In this document: positions 11,906-23,565 of the stretch, one piece after another
Numbering within the stretch: position 1 is the stretch's first letter
Layout: the number at the start of each line of letters is the position of its first letter
Assembly (NCBI GenBank): GCA_965287045.1
Contig: OZ336888.1
Coordinates: forward strand, 35,464,001-35,528,000
DNA: 64,000 nucleotides
Direction: 5' to 3'
Source of the DNA: Carcharhinus amblyrhynchos
Lineage: Eukaryota
The notes under the pieces: model-generated
Seen by the model: only the letters and a program-made list of their open reading frames with translations
What the model was told of the DNA's origin: nothing
Databases searched by the model: none
Made by a program: the position numbers and the translations under genes

Positions 11906-12974
11906 ATCATAGAATTCCTACAGTGCAGAAGGAGGCTATTCAGCCCATCAAGCCTGTACCGACCACAATCCCACCCAGGCCTTATCCTCGTAACCCCATG
12001 TATTTACCCTGCTAATCCCCTGACACACTGACCCTAAGAAATCGGAAACTCGCCTGTGCGTATCATGTTTTTCGAATCTCTTCTGATTTTGAGCGTGTGT
12101 TGCAATTCCCAGGGGTGGAGATTGCAGAGTTAAAATTACCCTCAATGTGTTGAAGTTAAAATGGGAGAATTGGTTGCAGCAGACATGCTGCTGAGATTGG
12201 AGCCTGTAAGTATCATTAGAAAAGCCTGTTGAATGACAACAGGAGGGCCCCAGTTCCCCAGGTTGATCCTTTACCCGAAAGAGTTGCAAGATTCATGCAA
12301 AAGAAAGAAAACCTTTGAATCAAAACATTAGAAAGAAAGCAGCCAAGGCAGATTTCTGCATGGATTCCCCCGATTGGATGTTGTTTCCATGGAGATTTGT
12401 ACTGTTTCCTCAAGGTTCCCACAGGTCTTCCATCAAAATTGCAGTGGATGTGAAAATTAATTATATTTTTACTTCATGCATTGAGAAGAGGCGGTGATGA
12501 AACTCCCAGGCAACACGTATATGAAAAGAGGAACCTTGAAATACACAAAGAGACTTTAAAATTAGAAACAAAATAGAAGGGGCTGGAGAATCTCAGCAGG
12601 TCTGACAGCATCTGCGGAGAGAGAATCAAGCCAACGTTTCCAGTTCCAGTGACCCTTGGTCAGACGTTTAAAATTAGAGTTTGGTTGCTGAGGGCAGTGG
12701 AAATCCCAAACTCTTCCACAAAATGTGAATGAAAGAAAGGCCAGCTCAGATGTAAAGATGGTTGAAGGAATCTTCATACTGTTCCCTTCAATTTTCTTCT
12801 CAACGTCAATTAGTGTTGGCCTGGGTGGGATTATGGTCGGTGTGGGTTCGATGGGCTGAATGGCCTCTTTCTGCACTGTGGGGTTCTCCAGATTCTATGA
12901 AATGGTTGGGAACGGTGGAGGCCAGTTGAATTTTTCAAGACCGAGATCATTTGTGTTGAAGAAGTGCGTCATAT

Positions 12975-13091
12975 GGAGGAATTTTCCCATCCAACCCACC
13001 ACGGGAGTCGCAGTGGGCAGGGAACGGAGACCTGTTGATCTGGGGCAGGATTTTCTGGTTTTGGGGTGAGCTCGGCCAGATAAACTCACCC
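12975..13091. mobile_element. Harbinger-type MITE (~120 bp)
   Basis: Starts GGAGGAATTTTCCC; reverse-complement homolog at ~32232-32360. Confidence 0.65.
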
Positions 13092-13129
13092 ATGGAGTTG
13101 AAGTGTGGATTAACTGGAGGTCATGAAGA

Positions 13130-13522
13130 AAAGACTGACTTGTATTGTGTGGGCTCCAAACAATGCAAAGGGTTACACAAATAATGAAGTATTTTTTAAG
13201 CAAGGTTGTTGTTGTAATGTAGAAAAACTCAGCAGGCAATTTGTACACCAAGTTCCCGCCAACAGCAAAGTGTTCACAAACAGATCGTCTGTTTTAGCGA
13301 TGGCTGAGGTATGAACATTGGCCACAGCATTAGGGAGATCTCCCCTGGCCTACTTCAAAGTGACCTCAGCCTGTTGCCACGTCTGACAGTGCCTCCGTCC
13401 GTCACTACTGCACATACAGAAGTAGCAGCCTAGATTATGCATTCAGGTTTCTGGAGTGGGACTTGAACCCATAACTTTCGGATTCAGAGGCAAGAGCACT
13501 ACCCACAGAGCCAAGGCTGAGG
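13130..13522 (-). mobile_element. tRNA-headed SINE resembling Deu-domain SINEs (SacSINE1/AmnSINE1-like)
   Basis: Minus-strand head ...GGGTTCAAGTCCCACTCCAG; related copies at 21250-21350, 22955-23232 and 57878-58205. Confidence 0.7.
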
Positions 13523-14959
13523 CAACGCCAGAGCAGGCTCAAGGAGCTAAATTGGCTTTCCCCTATTGCTGCATTTCTAAGTGAGTTTGACACAGACAGG
13601 TTGAATAAATGAAGATAACACACTAAAGGGAAATAAAGATCATTGCCGGGGTTAAAAAAAAAACTGATGAGGTTAACTCGGTGCTGCAGAAAATGCTGAC
13701 TGCAAATGAGTGTGACTCAAACGCTGACAGCATCAGTGCTTCACAGTGTAATAAGGAGCAGATAGACTAATCAGGTAATATATGCACCCAGGGGCACCTG
13801 CAGACAAGTCCTGGTCACGCTGCAGTAATGTTAGGATCAGATGGCTCCATGGGGGATAGAGGTTGGACATTAATAAATGTTAATTGCTTTACTAACAGTT
13901 TGAAATGATTCTGCTTTGTTGGGTTCAAGTCGAGCCAGATTGAATCCACCAAAGCGGCTGGAGTTCATTTTCCTGTTGTCACTGCATTGTGTGCCCAACA
14001 GTTCAAGAGGCCATGATCAGTAACCCCCTCATTCCATCCCTCCTGTCTATGATGAATTTTACCAGTGGGTGAGCAGGCGTGTCTGAGACACAGTCACAGC
14101 ACGGGAATAATACATTGGCGACATTCCACATCATGTTGTGGTCTTCATGCTAGGTGCCAGTCGCCTCCAAGCCCTGCCTAGGTAGAATGGCCTCTCAGGG
14201 TTGCCCAACGCTAATCAACGTTCAGAAGAAAATTGAAGGGAACAGTATGAAGATTTATATCAGAGTTGGCCTTTCTTTATTAACATTTTTTGGTTTTTCC
14301 TTAGAGGCTGGTGAATTATCGCAAGCCTTTCTGCCGGATGTTTTTAAAAAAAAGATTTTGCCCCCAGCCACATAGGTGGAAGGGTAGTGACATGAGGTGA
14401 AGAGCTGGAGGGTTGCCAAGGGGAAAAGGGTGGGGTGATGGAATGAGGGAGGAGGGGCTTGAGGGATGTAAGGACAATGGGGCACCTGAGAAGGTGCCTG
14501 CTCCAACTTCCCTCAGCAATACTGTCTAATGTCAGGATGTGCCATTGGGGTTGTTGGGATTGTCTAAATTGGGAGACTTCTTCAATATCACCTCCCAAAC
14601 CTAGAATTTCCAGCACCTAGAAGCTCAAGGGTAGCATGAGAACATCATCACCTACAAGTTTTTCCTCAAAGTCATTCACCATCCTGCCTTGGAAATGTCT
14701 TGCTTTTCCTGCGTGATCGCTAATTCAAAATTCTGTACACAACAGCCTTTATTGGCTGGGCTGCAGCCATTCAGGGCAACCTTGTGAGCTCAATACATGC
14801 TGCCTTTCCAGAAACACCCACATCCTGGGAATAAACCATAAAAAATAAATTGCGCCAATTAAAATTGTTGGACCTGTAATACCAGGCATCTCTTGAATTC
14901 AATAGAAGGTAGACAGAAGATAGTGAGGACAACAACACTGTGTATTAATATAGTTGCTG

Positions 14960-15350
14960 CATTGGAGCATTGACCCTGGACCAGAGAAAGGATATCAGGA
15001 CAGGTGATCAAATGTTTGATCACAAGAGTCGGTTTCAAGGAGTGTCCTACAGAAGAGAGATGTAGAGAGTGAGCTGAGGGAATGTCTGAGCTCAGAGTTA
15101 GATAGCTCAAGGCAGGCGTGCCGAGGTGGAACAAAGAAATTCAGGGATGTGCAAGTAAGAGGAATTGGAGAAGCACAGCAGGGTTTTATATGTTTGGGGC
15201 AGTTATAGAAATGGGGAGCCGTGATGCCGTGGAATACAGGAATGAGGATTTTGAATTTGCAATGTTCAGGATTGGAGGTTGGTATTAGCCACTGGAATGA
15301 TAAATGACCAAAACTTGGTGCAATGTAGGATATGGCCAGCAGAGTTTTGG
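14960..15350 (-). mobile_element. Old L2 LINE 3' fragment
   Basis: Minus translation FQWL...CKFKILIPVFHG..APHFY resembles the L2 LHWLP..RI.FKIL...AP.YL motif; similar copy at 23830-24200. Confidence 0.7.
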
Positions 15351-15357
15351 AGAATTT

Positions 15358-15710
15358 TTTATTCATTCATGGGACATAGGCATCACTGGCTGGCCAGCAT
15401 TTATTGCCCATCCCTAGATGCCCTCGTTCAGAGGTCAGTTGAGAGTCAATCATTACTCTGGCTCTGGAGTCATGTGTAGGCCAGCACAGATAAGGACAGC
15501 AGATTTTCTTCCCTAAAGGATATTAGTGAACCAGATGGGTTTTTCCGACAATTGACAGTGGCTTTATGGTCATCAGTAAATTCTTAATTCCAGAATTTTT
15601 TTATTGCATTCATCTGCCATGATGGGATTGAAACATGGGCTCCCAGAACATGAGCTGAGTATCTGGATTAATAGTCTAGCAATAATACCACTTGGCCATT
15701 GCCTCTCCCA
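15358..15710 (-). mobile_element. tRNA-derived SINE (second family)
   Basis: Reverse-complement homolog of 5975-6330 and 39260-39590. Confidence 0.8.
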
Positions 15711-17670
15711 TGTTTATGGAGCTTGGTAATCTCTTTGATGTAATCCAGGGCTTGAGTGACACCTTATTACCAATTAAAATCAAGCATTAAAAACTATTTC
15801 CGTTGTCATGAAACATCAAGGTATTTCCTGTTTTATAGACTTGGAGGAAGATTGAGTAATTTAGTATAGGTACAAGAAGAAGCTATCATTATCCAAATCT
15901 CTTGTGTCTTACTTTCCAATTTGGGGACAGGGCACACTAGGAGGAAGACTAGGGGAAGACATATTCAGGATACACAAGTGAATGGATGCAAACAAAGTAA
16001 AATAGCAGACTTTGAGGAAGGTAATAGTGAGGAAAAAAAACCTGAGTAGTTCAAAATTATGGGTCTTGTAAAGTGGGAGTGATAACAAATAGGTCAGGAA
16101 GTCAGCAACTGGTGATTGTGGGTTTTGTATGTTGAGAGGATGTGTATAAAAGCAAGGAAGGGATCCTCAATTTGCACAGAATGAGAAGATAGCTTTCACA
16201 GAAGAATGGGTCACACCAGGGAACAGTAATGATTAGTATGACGAGAGGCTGGAGTTAAAGAGACACAGTTCTTCACATTTATTTTCTCTCAATGCAACAG
16301 ACACGATTACAATCCGGCTCCACCACAACCTTGGCAAATGTGATGAGCTATTCAAATGTCCACTGACTTCAATGGGACCAGAAGATTCAACGGGGGGAGA
16401 GATAAGGACATTCCAACCAAAAGAATTTTGGTGATTGTCGCATTAAGAAAGGTTTTGAGAGGGTAAATAGTGAAAAGCTGTTTCCACTGGTTGTTGATTC
16501 TGTAGGAAAGGGACTACGGACTGAGGGCTAGCAGTGGAACGGTGAAGTGGGTGGTGAGAAGAAATACTTACATGTTGCAAATTAGAACAGAGATTGTTTT
16601 GCCACATGGGGTGACTAAGGCTGAGATGATATCATTTAATAGGAACATATTAAAGAATTTTTAATAGAAGCCTTGAATAATACAGCCCATCACACTTGTG
16701 TCAGCTCTCAAAAGAGCTACTCATTAGTCCCACTTTACCCATTGCCCAGTAAAGGAAAAACATAAAATAATTTCAGGAAAGGGCATGGATGATAGCAGCA
16801 ATCTCCAATTAAAGGACTGACACCAGCTGAGCAATAACATGCTGAATGACCTCCTCCTGTGCTTTAGTTTCAATGGTTTGAATTCCTGTATATGTTTTGT
16901 TGGTACCATGATAATTGCTCAGAGAGAATGCTGTTGGACTCAGTATATGAGCAACGAGCTGGAGGGCACAGCTTCAGCATTATCAAGCTTCAAGCAAGAC
17001 TGGAGATTAGGAGAATGCTTTTCCCAATAGACAGGTGAACGTGCAGAGCAGACGCGCAGCAGAGGAACATGACCTTCAGGGAAGATTCAGATAGATATGC
17101 AGGAGCAACAATATCTAAAGGTCACAGGAATAGGTACAAAAGCAGGAATAGGTACAAGACCAGGATTGAACCAGAGATGTCTACAGAATGAGGGATAGAA
17201 TCAACATTATGTATGGAACCTTAAACAGAACCACAGGTACTTCGAGAAACAGATACCTAATGCAATATAATACATCTAACAAAAATCTATCACTTTGTTT
17301 TGAATTTTATTAATTGACCCCCATCCTGTCCCCAACGTTTTTTTTCAGGGAGAGATTTCAGGTTTCCTCTGAGTAATTTAGTTCTAATTTTAATGCTATA
17401 CACCCTGACCCAGACTCCTGAACCAACCAATCCTTCAAGGGTACAGTGGTTATCACTGCTGCCTCACAGTGCCAGGGACCTGGGTTCAATTCCAGCCTCG
17501 TGTACCTGCCTGTGTGGAGTTTGCATGTTCTTTGCATGTCTGCATGGGTTTCCACTGGGTGCTCCAGCTTCCCCCCACAGACCAAAGATGTGCAGATTAG
17601 GTGGATTGGCCGTGTTAAAATTGCCCCTTTGCATCAGGGGATTAGAAGGGTAAATACAGAGGTTATGGGG

Positions 17671-18006
17671 ATAGAACCCTACAGTGCAGAAAGAGGCCCT
17701 TCAGCCCATCGAGTCTGCACCAAACACAATCCCACCCAGGCTCTACCCCCGTATCCCCACATATTATACCCACTAATCCCTCTAACCTACACATCCCTGG
17801 ACACTCCGGGACAATTTCTTAGCATGGCCAATCAACTTAACCCGCACATCTTTGGACTGTGGAAGGAAACCTGAGCACCCGGAGGAAACCCACGCAGATA
17901 CGAGGAGAATGTGCAAACCCCACACAGTGACCTGAGCTGGGAATCAAACCCAGGACTCTGGAGCTGTGAAGCAGCAATGCTAACCATTGTGCAACTGTGC
18001 CGCCCC
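17671..18006 (-). mobile_element. Full-length HE1-like V-SINE forming the 3' end of the NFX1-bearing insert
   Basis: Head GGGCGGCACAG..., V-domain GTGTGGGGTTTGCACATTCTCC...GGTTTCC, CR1-type tail ...CACTGTAGGGTTCTAT. Confidence 0.9.
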
Positions 18007-18009
18007 AAG

Positions 18010-18150
18010 GGGCTATAAACATGTACCCCTAGACCTCTTTGTTCTGTAACTCTCTCCAATGCCCTACCATTAACTGAGTAAATCCTGCCATGGGTCACTA
18101 ATTTTTCTTCCTACTTGCAATACTTTACACCTGCTCATACCATGCTTCAT
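18010..18150 (-). mobile_element. Internal CR1 ORF2 fragment
   Basis: Minus translation YSVNGRALERVTEQRGLGVHV resembles CR1 Y..NG..L..V..QRDLGV.V. Confidence 0.7.
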
Positions 18151-18411
18151 TTGTCGTTCTTCCAATAATTTCTCGCAGCTCAAGTTTGGGAAGCCTGAAG
18201 TCCCCAGGAGAATGCTATTTCTCAGTCCCATTTCCAATCCCAAGTTATTCTGTAGGTCTTTAGCCTCCCTTTCTTTAACATCCTCTGCAAATTTATGTTG
18301 CTAAATTGAACTTTGCATTTTTAAACAAGTATGCTATGATCACTGTTCCTACAATAAAAACAGCAAAATGCTTTTGATTTAATGAACAAGGTGGCAGAGC
18401 TATTCTCTCAC

Positions 18412-18547
18412 TTGGATGATCACATTCATGATCCCTGATGCAGGGGTTTTTGCATTCTGGAGGTCTGGTGCCACATGGTACTGGAGGATAGATCACCGAT
18501 TTGCCACAGTGACATGTTAGCTCATCGAAACTACTTTGCCAGCAAGG
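18412..18547 (-). pseudogene. NFX1: Isolated fragment of NFX1 (NF-X1-type zinc finger region)
   Basis: [45 protein letters not shown] closely matches recalled vertebrate NFX1 ([31 protein letters not shown]...HECDHP). Followed by donor-like GTGAGA. No other NFX1 exons seen in the window. Confidence 0.9.
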
Positions 18548-19579
18548 GGCCTGGGTGGGATTGTGGTCGGTGCAGACGCAATGGACCAAATGGCTTCCTT
18601 CTTCACTAAGGATTCTACGGGATTCTATGATCATGCTAAACCCATCAATAAGATCACCCCTTATCTTCCCTGAGAAAATGAATAGAGACCTACACCGTGC
18701 AGCCTAATTTCATAATTTAATTCTTATAGTCCAAGTATCATTGTGGCAAAATTGTTAAATCAGCACACTTCTCATCAAAATTATCTAATCACCTTTCCCT
18801 GCATTACCACAGTAAGTATACTTTGAAAGTTCTTCCGTGGCTGTAAACACCTTGAGGATGTTGTGGAAGGCTTGTCAGAGATGGGTTTTGTTTCTATAAA
18901 CTTTCAGCATCAGCAGGTAACTGCTCACAGACTGAGGGAGGCTGATCTGCAGACAGACCCATTCTTACACGCAGTCTGGGTGTTGGACATGCTAAACCTC
19001 CGGGAATGAGAGGTTAATCTCTCAGACATGACTGCAAAAAAAAAGCCAGGAGAAAAATCATAAGGGCATGAAAAAATACTTTGTGTCTTAATTTATTTCA
19101 TTTTACTTGAACACTTCTGTCCTTGTTTATATGAACAAATAGAGATGGGAAGAACCAGGCTACCTGACTGTAGGACAGGCATCATCCAACTGGGTAATGG
19201 AAAGTCTATTTGTTTTCTGATTGGCTCTGGGAGAGAAGGACATGTTGGGTATCCGATGGCAGGAGTAAGGAGGCTCTGGGGCAAAGCCTAGAGTGTGTCC
19301 AAACAGGATTGACAGCATTACCGTGTGTAGAGGAGGCTGCCCACTTCGACTCTAAAAATGATCTTAGAAGGACAGCCAAGCTTTCTATCTTATCTCTCCA
19401 TATTCTGTGCTTGGCATTGCACCAATTGTTACTCCAGTTAACGCAATATTTCTCTCCCCAGATTGCTAACATTTTCCCCTAATCATTGTAGCAAATTCAC
19501 TTCAATTCCTTCTGCCCTGACTGCAGTACTCTGAACTTCCACACTGCTCACGATTGCTTGCTTCTGTCTCTCACACCTT

Positions 19580-20150
19580 TCATAGGATTCCTAGAGTGCA
19601 GATTCTTACTTTGCACCAACTCTCTAACAGAGCATCCCACCCAGGTCCTAACCCCATAACCCCACATATTTACCCCGCTAATCCTCCTAATCTACACATC
19701 TTTGGACACTAAGGGCCAATTTAGCAATTCATCACACTCCACAACAACAGGATGTCCCAGCGCTCTTCACAACCAATGAAGGGTTTTTTTTGAGTGTTGT
19801 TGCTGTTGTTATATAGGTAAGGGAGGGAGGCCCTCCGCAAAGTGGAGGATGGGGGCTGGAACTTTAGATGCTGCAAGTTCAGAAAGTTCTATTGAATTCA
19901 GTATCTCTCTGGATTTGGAGAACCCCAGTAGGGGTTTGTGATCTTTGGATTAGATTCAGAAACCAGGGTTAATGAACAAGTTAAGCGGCACATTTTTGGA
20001 CTGAGAGAAGAAACTGAAGCACCTGGAGGAAACTCACACAGACACGGGGAGAATGTGTGAACTCCACAGAGACAGTGACCTGCGGCAGGAATTGAACCTG
20101 GGTCCCTGGAGCTGTGAGGCAGCTGTGCAAACCACTGTGCTGTCGATGCC
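19580..20150 (-). mobile_element. HE1-like V-SINE interrupted by a 240-bp local duplication
   Basis: Tail at 19580-19728, body and head at 19986-20150. Confidence 0.85.
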
Positions 20151-21515
20151 ACCTATAAATCTTTCACAAACCAACCACACTATCCTACACTTACTGTAAC
20201 ATTGATAGACTTCTTTCTTATTAAGGTGAAATGGCACACAGTAATTAGAAGGAACAGCCAATCACAGGAGCTCAGCCAGTATTTGTTATACGTTGTCCTC
20301 ACACAAGCAGCAGGACATGTTCAGGAGTGACTGGCAAGGGTTTTAAACCGTTCTTCCCTCCTCCCCTTCACACTTCAATGTCACCCTTACACGTAATGCT
20401 TTGAGAAGCCAAGCAGCCGCCTCGTGTTCACAAATTCCCTGCCTCTTCTCCACTAGAATGCTCTCAAAGAGCGTAGCCACACGCTCCTAGCCGGGCAGGA
20501 AAAGCAAAACAGGACTGGAAATGTAATCAGTCACTTGGATGAGCCAAAGATCACTGTCCAGGGAAGTTTGCATCACTTGGTTTGTGTTATTTAGGCAGTC
20601 AGCTTTTATTAGCCAGTAATGAAGAGAGAGGAGCTTACCCTGATATTTTCAACTCCAGCTTCTGTCTGAAGGAGGATTATTGAGATCGGTCGATGAACAT
20701 GTTTCTTCAGGCCAGTCAGTGCAAATATCTGCTAAAATACACATTAATCATCTTGCCCATCCTGTGCACTCAGTGCTGACTGTAAGGATTGATTCGATTT
20801 GTTGAAGGGTGAATGGCCAACATTACAGACATTCCAACAGCAAGAGGCAAACACCCTTTATCACCCCCACACGTGTTACATAGTTTGCCCAGTTTCCCAT
20901 ACCCACTTCTCCCGAAGGTGCTAACCTCTGTTGGGGCACAATTCAAATCTGGGACCTTTGCTCAAATGTTTATTCTTTATCTCTGAGTCTTTGCACAGAG
21001 GAGATTGTTGATATTCTAACCCTCCCAGCAAATAACTGATGGGATCGGCTAGGCTTTCCATTTTAGACCCCCCTCACCATTTTACTTTCCACAGACGTTT
21101 GAAAGAGGTATTTGAGGAAGAATTGAGGAGAATTCCAGATGCAAGTGTGGGGGGATTGGCTGACATGGCTGTGGGGTGGGGTGGAGGGGCGGAGGGAGGG
21201 AGGGGGGATGATCCCAGGGCTGGACTCAAAATTGAGTGACATGAAGAAAAGACTTGCATCTACATGGCATCATCGCAACAGGATGTCCCAGCGCTCTTCA
21301 CAACCAATGAAGGGTTTTTTTTGAGTGTTGTTGCTGTTGTCATATAGGTAAGGGAGGGAGGCCCTCTGCAAAGTGGAGGATGGGGGCTGGAACTTTAGAT
21401 GCTGCAAGTTCAGAAGGTTCTATTGAATTCAGTATCTCTCTGGATTTGGAGAGCCCCAGTAGTGCCTTGGGATCTTTGGATTAGATTCAGAAACCAGGGT
21501 TAATGAACAAGTTAA
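19745..21515. repeat. 240-bp direct duplication (19745-19984 = 21276-21515)
   Basis: Colinear match with only a few substitutions, from CAACAGGATGTCCC to GAACAAGTTAA. Confidence 0.95.
20639..20728 (-). other. Candidate 90-nt exon in non-repetitive DNA
   Basis: Acceptor TATTTTAGCAG| and donor CAGG|GTAAGC; phase-0 frame open (IFALTGLKKHVHRPISIILLQTEAGVENIR), protein not recognised. Confidence 0.2.
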
Positions 21516-21852
21516 TTTTAGGAAAGCAAAACTAAGAAATAAAAAGAACTGTGCTGACATGCCCAGTCAAGTCATCTCATTGACATAACTTTAAATATGG
21601 ACTGTATTCAATACAACAATTTATTTTTAAAGTGGACATTAAAAGGCTGGTAAGATGGCTGCTGAGGGTCAGGTGACTATGCAATTTCTGCATTGAAGTA
21701 TCTCAAGTTTCTGGAAAGTTGCTAACTGAATGACAATGACTGGAGTGCATCCCTTGAGACAGCATATCAAGGAAAAACCATTTGTGGACTTCACACTTCC
21801 TATTATTTATGGTTTTACTAAAACTCAAAGTCTTTGGATTCCTAGACTTACT

Positions 21853-21978
21853 GGCTGGAATTCTCCGGTCTTGTACTGCTGCCAGGGAGGATGGAAAATT
21901 TCCTGCTCAGCCAAATCCCCATCCACAGCAGCAGGACTGGAGAATCCCAGCCGTAGACAAGGTTGTTAAATTCTGGTC
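21853..21978. mobile_element. Harbinger-type MITE
   Basis: GGCTGGAATT...AATTCTGGTC with a 3-bp ACT duplication; internal inverted repeat at 21853-21870 / 21935-21952. Confidence 0.75.
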
Positions 21979-22348
21979 ACTATCTCCGCATTCGAAACTT
22001 AACAATGAGAACCGTGAAAAAAACAGTCAAATCAAAAATAGGTGTAAATAGAGACTATCCCTTCTCCATGATATAGTAGTGGCTTCTAACTTTAAATCAT
22101 TCTGATTGGACAATAGATCTCTTGATCAAATTTGTCCTCAGATAATGAATCTTAGTACCTTCAGACCAGGGGAGAAACCAGTTAGTCTGAAAAACAAACA
22201 GCAAAAATATGGCAGCAGCCAAGGTATCAACATCTATACCTTCAAAACTGGAGACTGTAACATTATAGGATCTCCAGGCTTGTTCCTTTTCAAGTCTATC
22301 AGTGCAGAAACATGACCTCTTGGTACGAAGACTACAAATAACCACACT

Positions 22349-23355
22349 AATGCAGGTTGCTATTTTTCTAGTTGAAGGATCAGAGAGGTTGCCTCCTCCA
22401 GGGGTAGAGGTATTGAAGCAGACAGGTTTGGTGCTGCAGTAGCACAATAAAATTCTTATCAAAATGGGCCTTTCAGGTGAATTATTAAACTGTGAGCCTG
22501 TCTGTTCTCTCAGGTAAACTGCTGAAAATCTTTCTCTGTTAGGGAATCCGGCAATAATCCTAACATATAAATCTGACTACTGAATCCTTCAAGACTACCC
22601 TTCAGGAATAAAAATACCTCCTTCACCAGGCCTGAAACACATGCTTTTTATCCACAATAAGTCAAATATGTGAATTACAATTATTATTTTATTTCTGTCT
22701 GGTAGAAGTGCAGAATGCTCTTTAACTGTATGTTTGCTTGCGTGAGGACTGAGTGAGTGACATAGTGTTAGACTTTCAGATTGAACGTGTGAACAAATAA
22801 TCCTCTTTATTTAAACCCACAAAAGCTTGCTACTTGTTATTCAAATTGACCAACATATATTAAGAAATATATGATCCTACCTTTTCAAAAGCGCACCACT
22901 TATGGAGAATAAGGGAATTGGGGTTTCAGTTTTCGCTCACCCCTGTCCATAATACCTGCATTTATACAGCACCTTTCACAAAATCAGGACAGTCCAAAAT
23001 GTTACACGGCCAATGAAACACTTCGTGTAAGGTCAGTAACCCAGAACCAAACTGTGCACAGCAAGCTGCCACCGACAGCAATTCAACAATGCCTTGGTTT
23101 ACTAATGTTGATTGAGGGGTAAATTTGTGCTAGGATACTGGTGAGATCTCCCCTGCGCTTCTTCAAAATGGGGTTGTTTACATTTACCTGAGAGAACAGA
23201 CAGGCTCACAGTTGAATAATTCACCTGAAAGGCCCATTTTAATAAGAATTTTATTGTGTTAATGCAGCACCAAACATGTCTGTTCCAACACCTCTACCCC
23301 TGGAGGAGGCAACCTGTATTAGCATAACCCTCCAACCAGAATAGCAAATTGCATT
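22349..23355. repeat. ~170-bp inverted duplication (22349-22518 vs 23183-23355)
   Basis: AGGTTGCCTCCTCCAGGGGTAGAGG...CTCTCAGGTAAA is the reverse complement of TTTACCTGAGAG...GGAGGAGGCAACCT. Confidence 0.9.
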
Positions 23356-23369
23356 TATATAGCACCTCA

Positions 23370-23565
23370 TGTAATGATGCACTTTCAGAGACTTCATTAA
23401 TGAACAAAAAGGGATTTATTTAGTGATCTTCAGGAACAGCAGCATGTTTGCAGCTGGCTGTAAAATCCCTCTGTCTCAGAGAACTCCTACCCCTGGGGTG
23501 ATTCCCCACACTGAGTCCCAGTTGTTCAGCCAGGCCAGGTGACCCTTACTCTACTGTGTTTCTCA
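23370..23565 (-). mobile_element. Short LTR-like interspersed repeat, interrupted by an HE1 SINE (23566-23805,-)
   Basis: Begins TGTAATGATGCACTTTCAGAG with TTTATT (minus-strand AATAAA); homologous copy at 59470-59690. Confidence 0.6.

Larger units (their letters stand above)
17440..18632 (+). mobile_element. HE1-like V-SINE split in two (17440-17674 and 18547-18632) by an antisense insert
   Basis: The left part ends GGTTATGGGGATAG and the right part resumes GGGCCTGGGTGGGATTGT...GATTCTATGAT, which is contiguous in other copies (e.g. 55980-56060). Confidence 0.85.

Noticed and set aside
17440-17500. tRNA genes (A/B-box motifs here and at many other sites)
   Set aside because: They are SINE heads that run into V-domain or other SINE bodies, with no complete cloverleaf
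18400-18632. Twin-priming inversion as the explanation for the NFX1/SINE-tail junction
   Set aside because: The plus-strand tail at 18547-18632 is the exact continuation of the SINE at 17440-17674, so insertion into a pre-existing SINE is simpler
18293-18634. 113-aa ORF considered as a functional NFX1 gene or exon
   Set aside because: Only 45 codons are NFX1-like; the N-terminus is antisense SINE and the C-terminus is intron-like. There is no good acceptor and no other NFX1 exon in 64 kb
21520-22952. Possible long solo LTR ending ...CCCCTGTCCATAATA
   Set aside because: The composition is LTR-like, but no 5' TG terminus or TSD could be fixed
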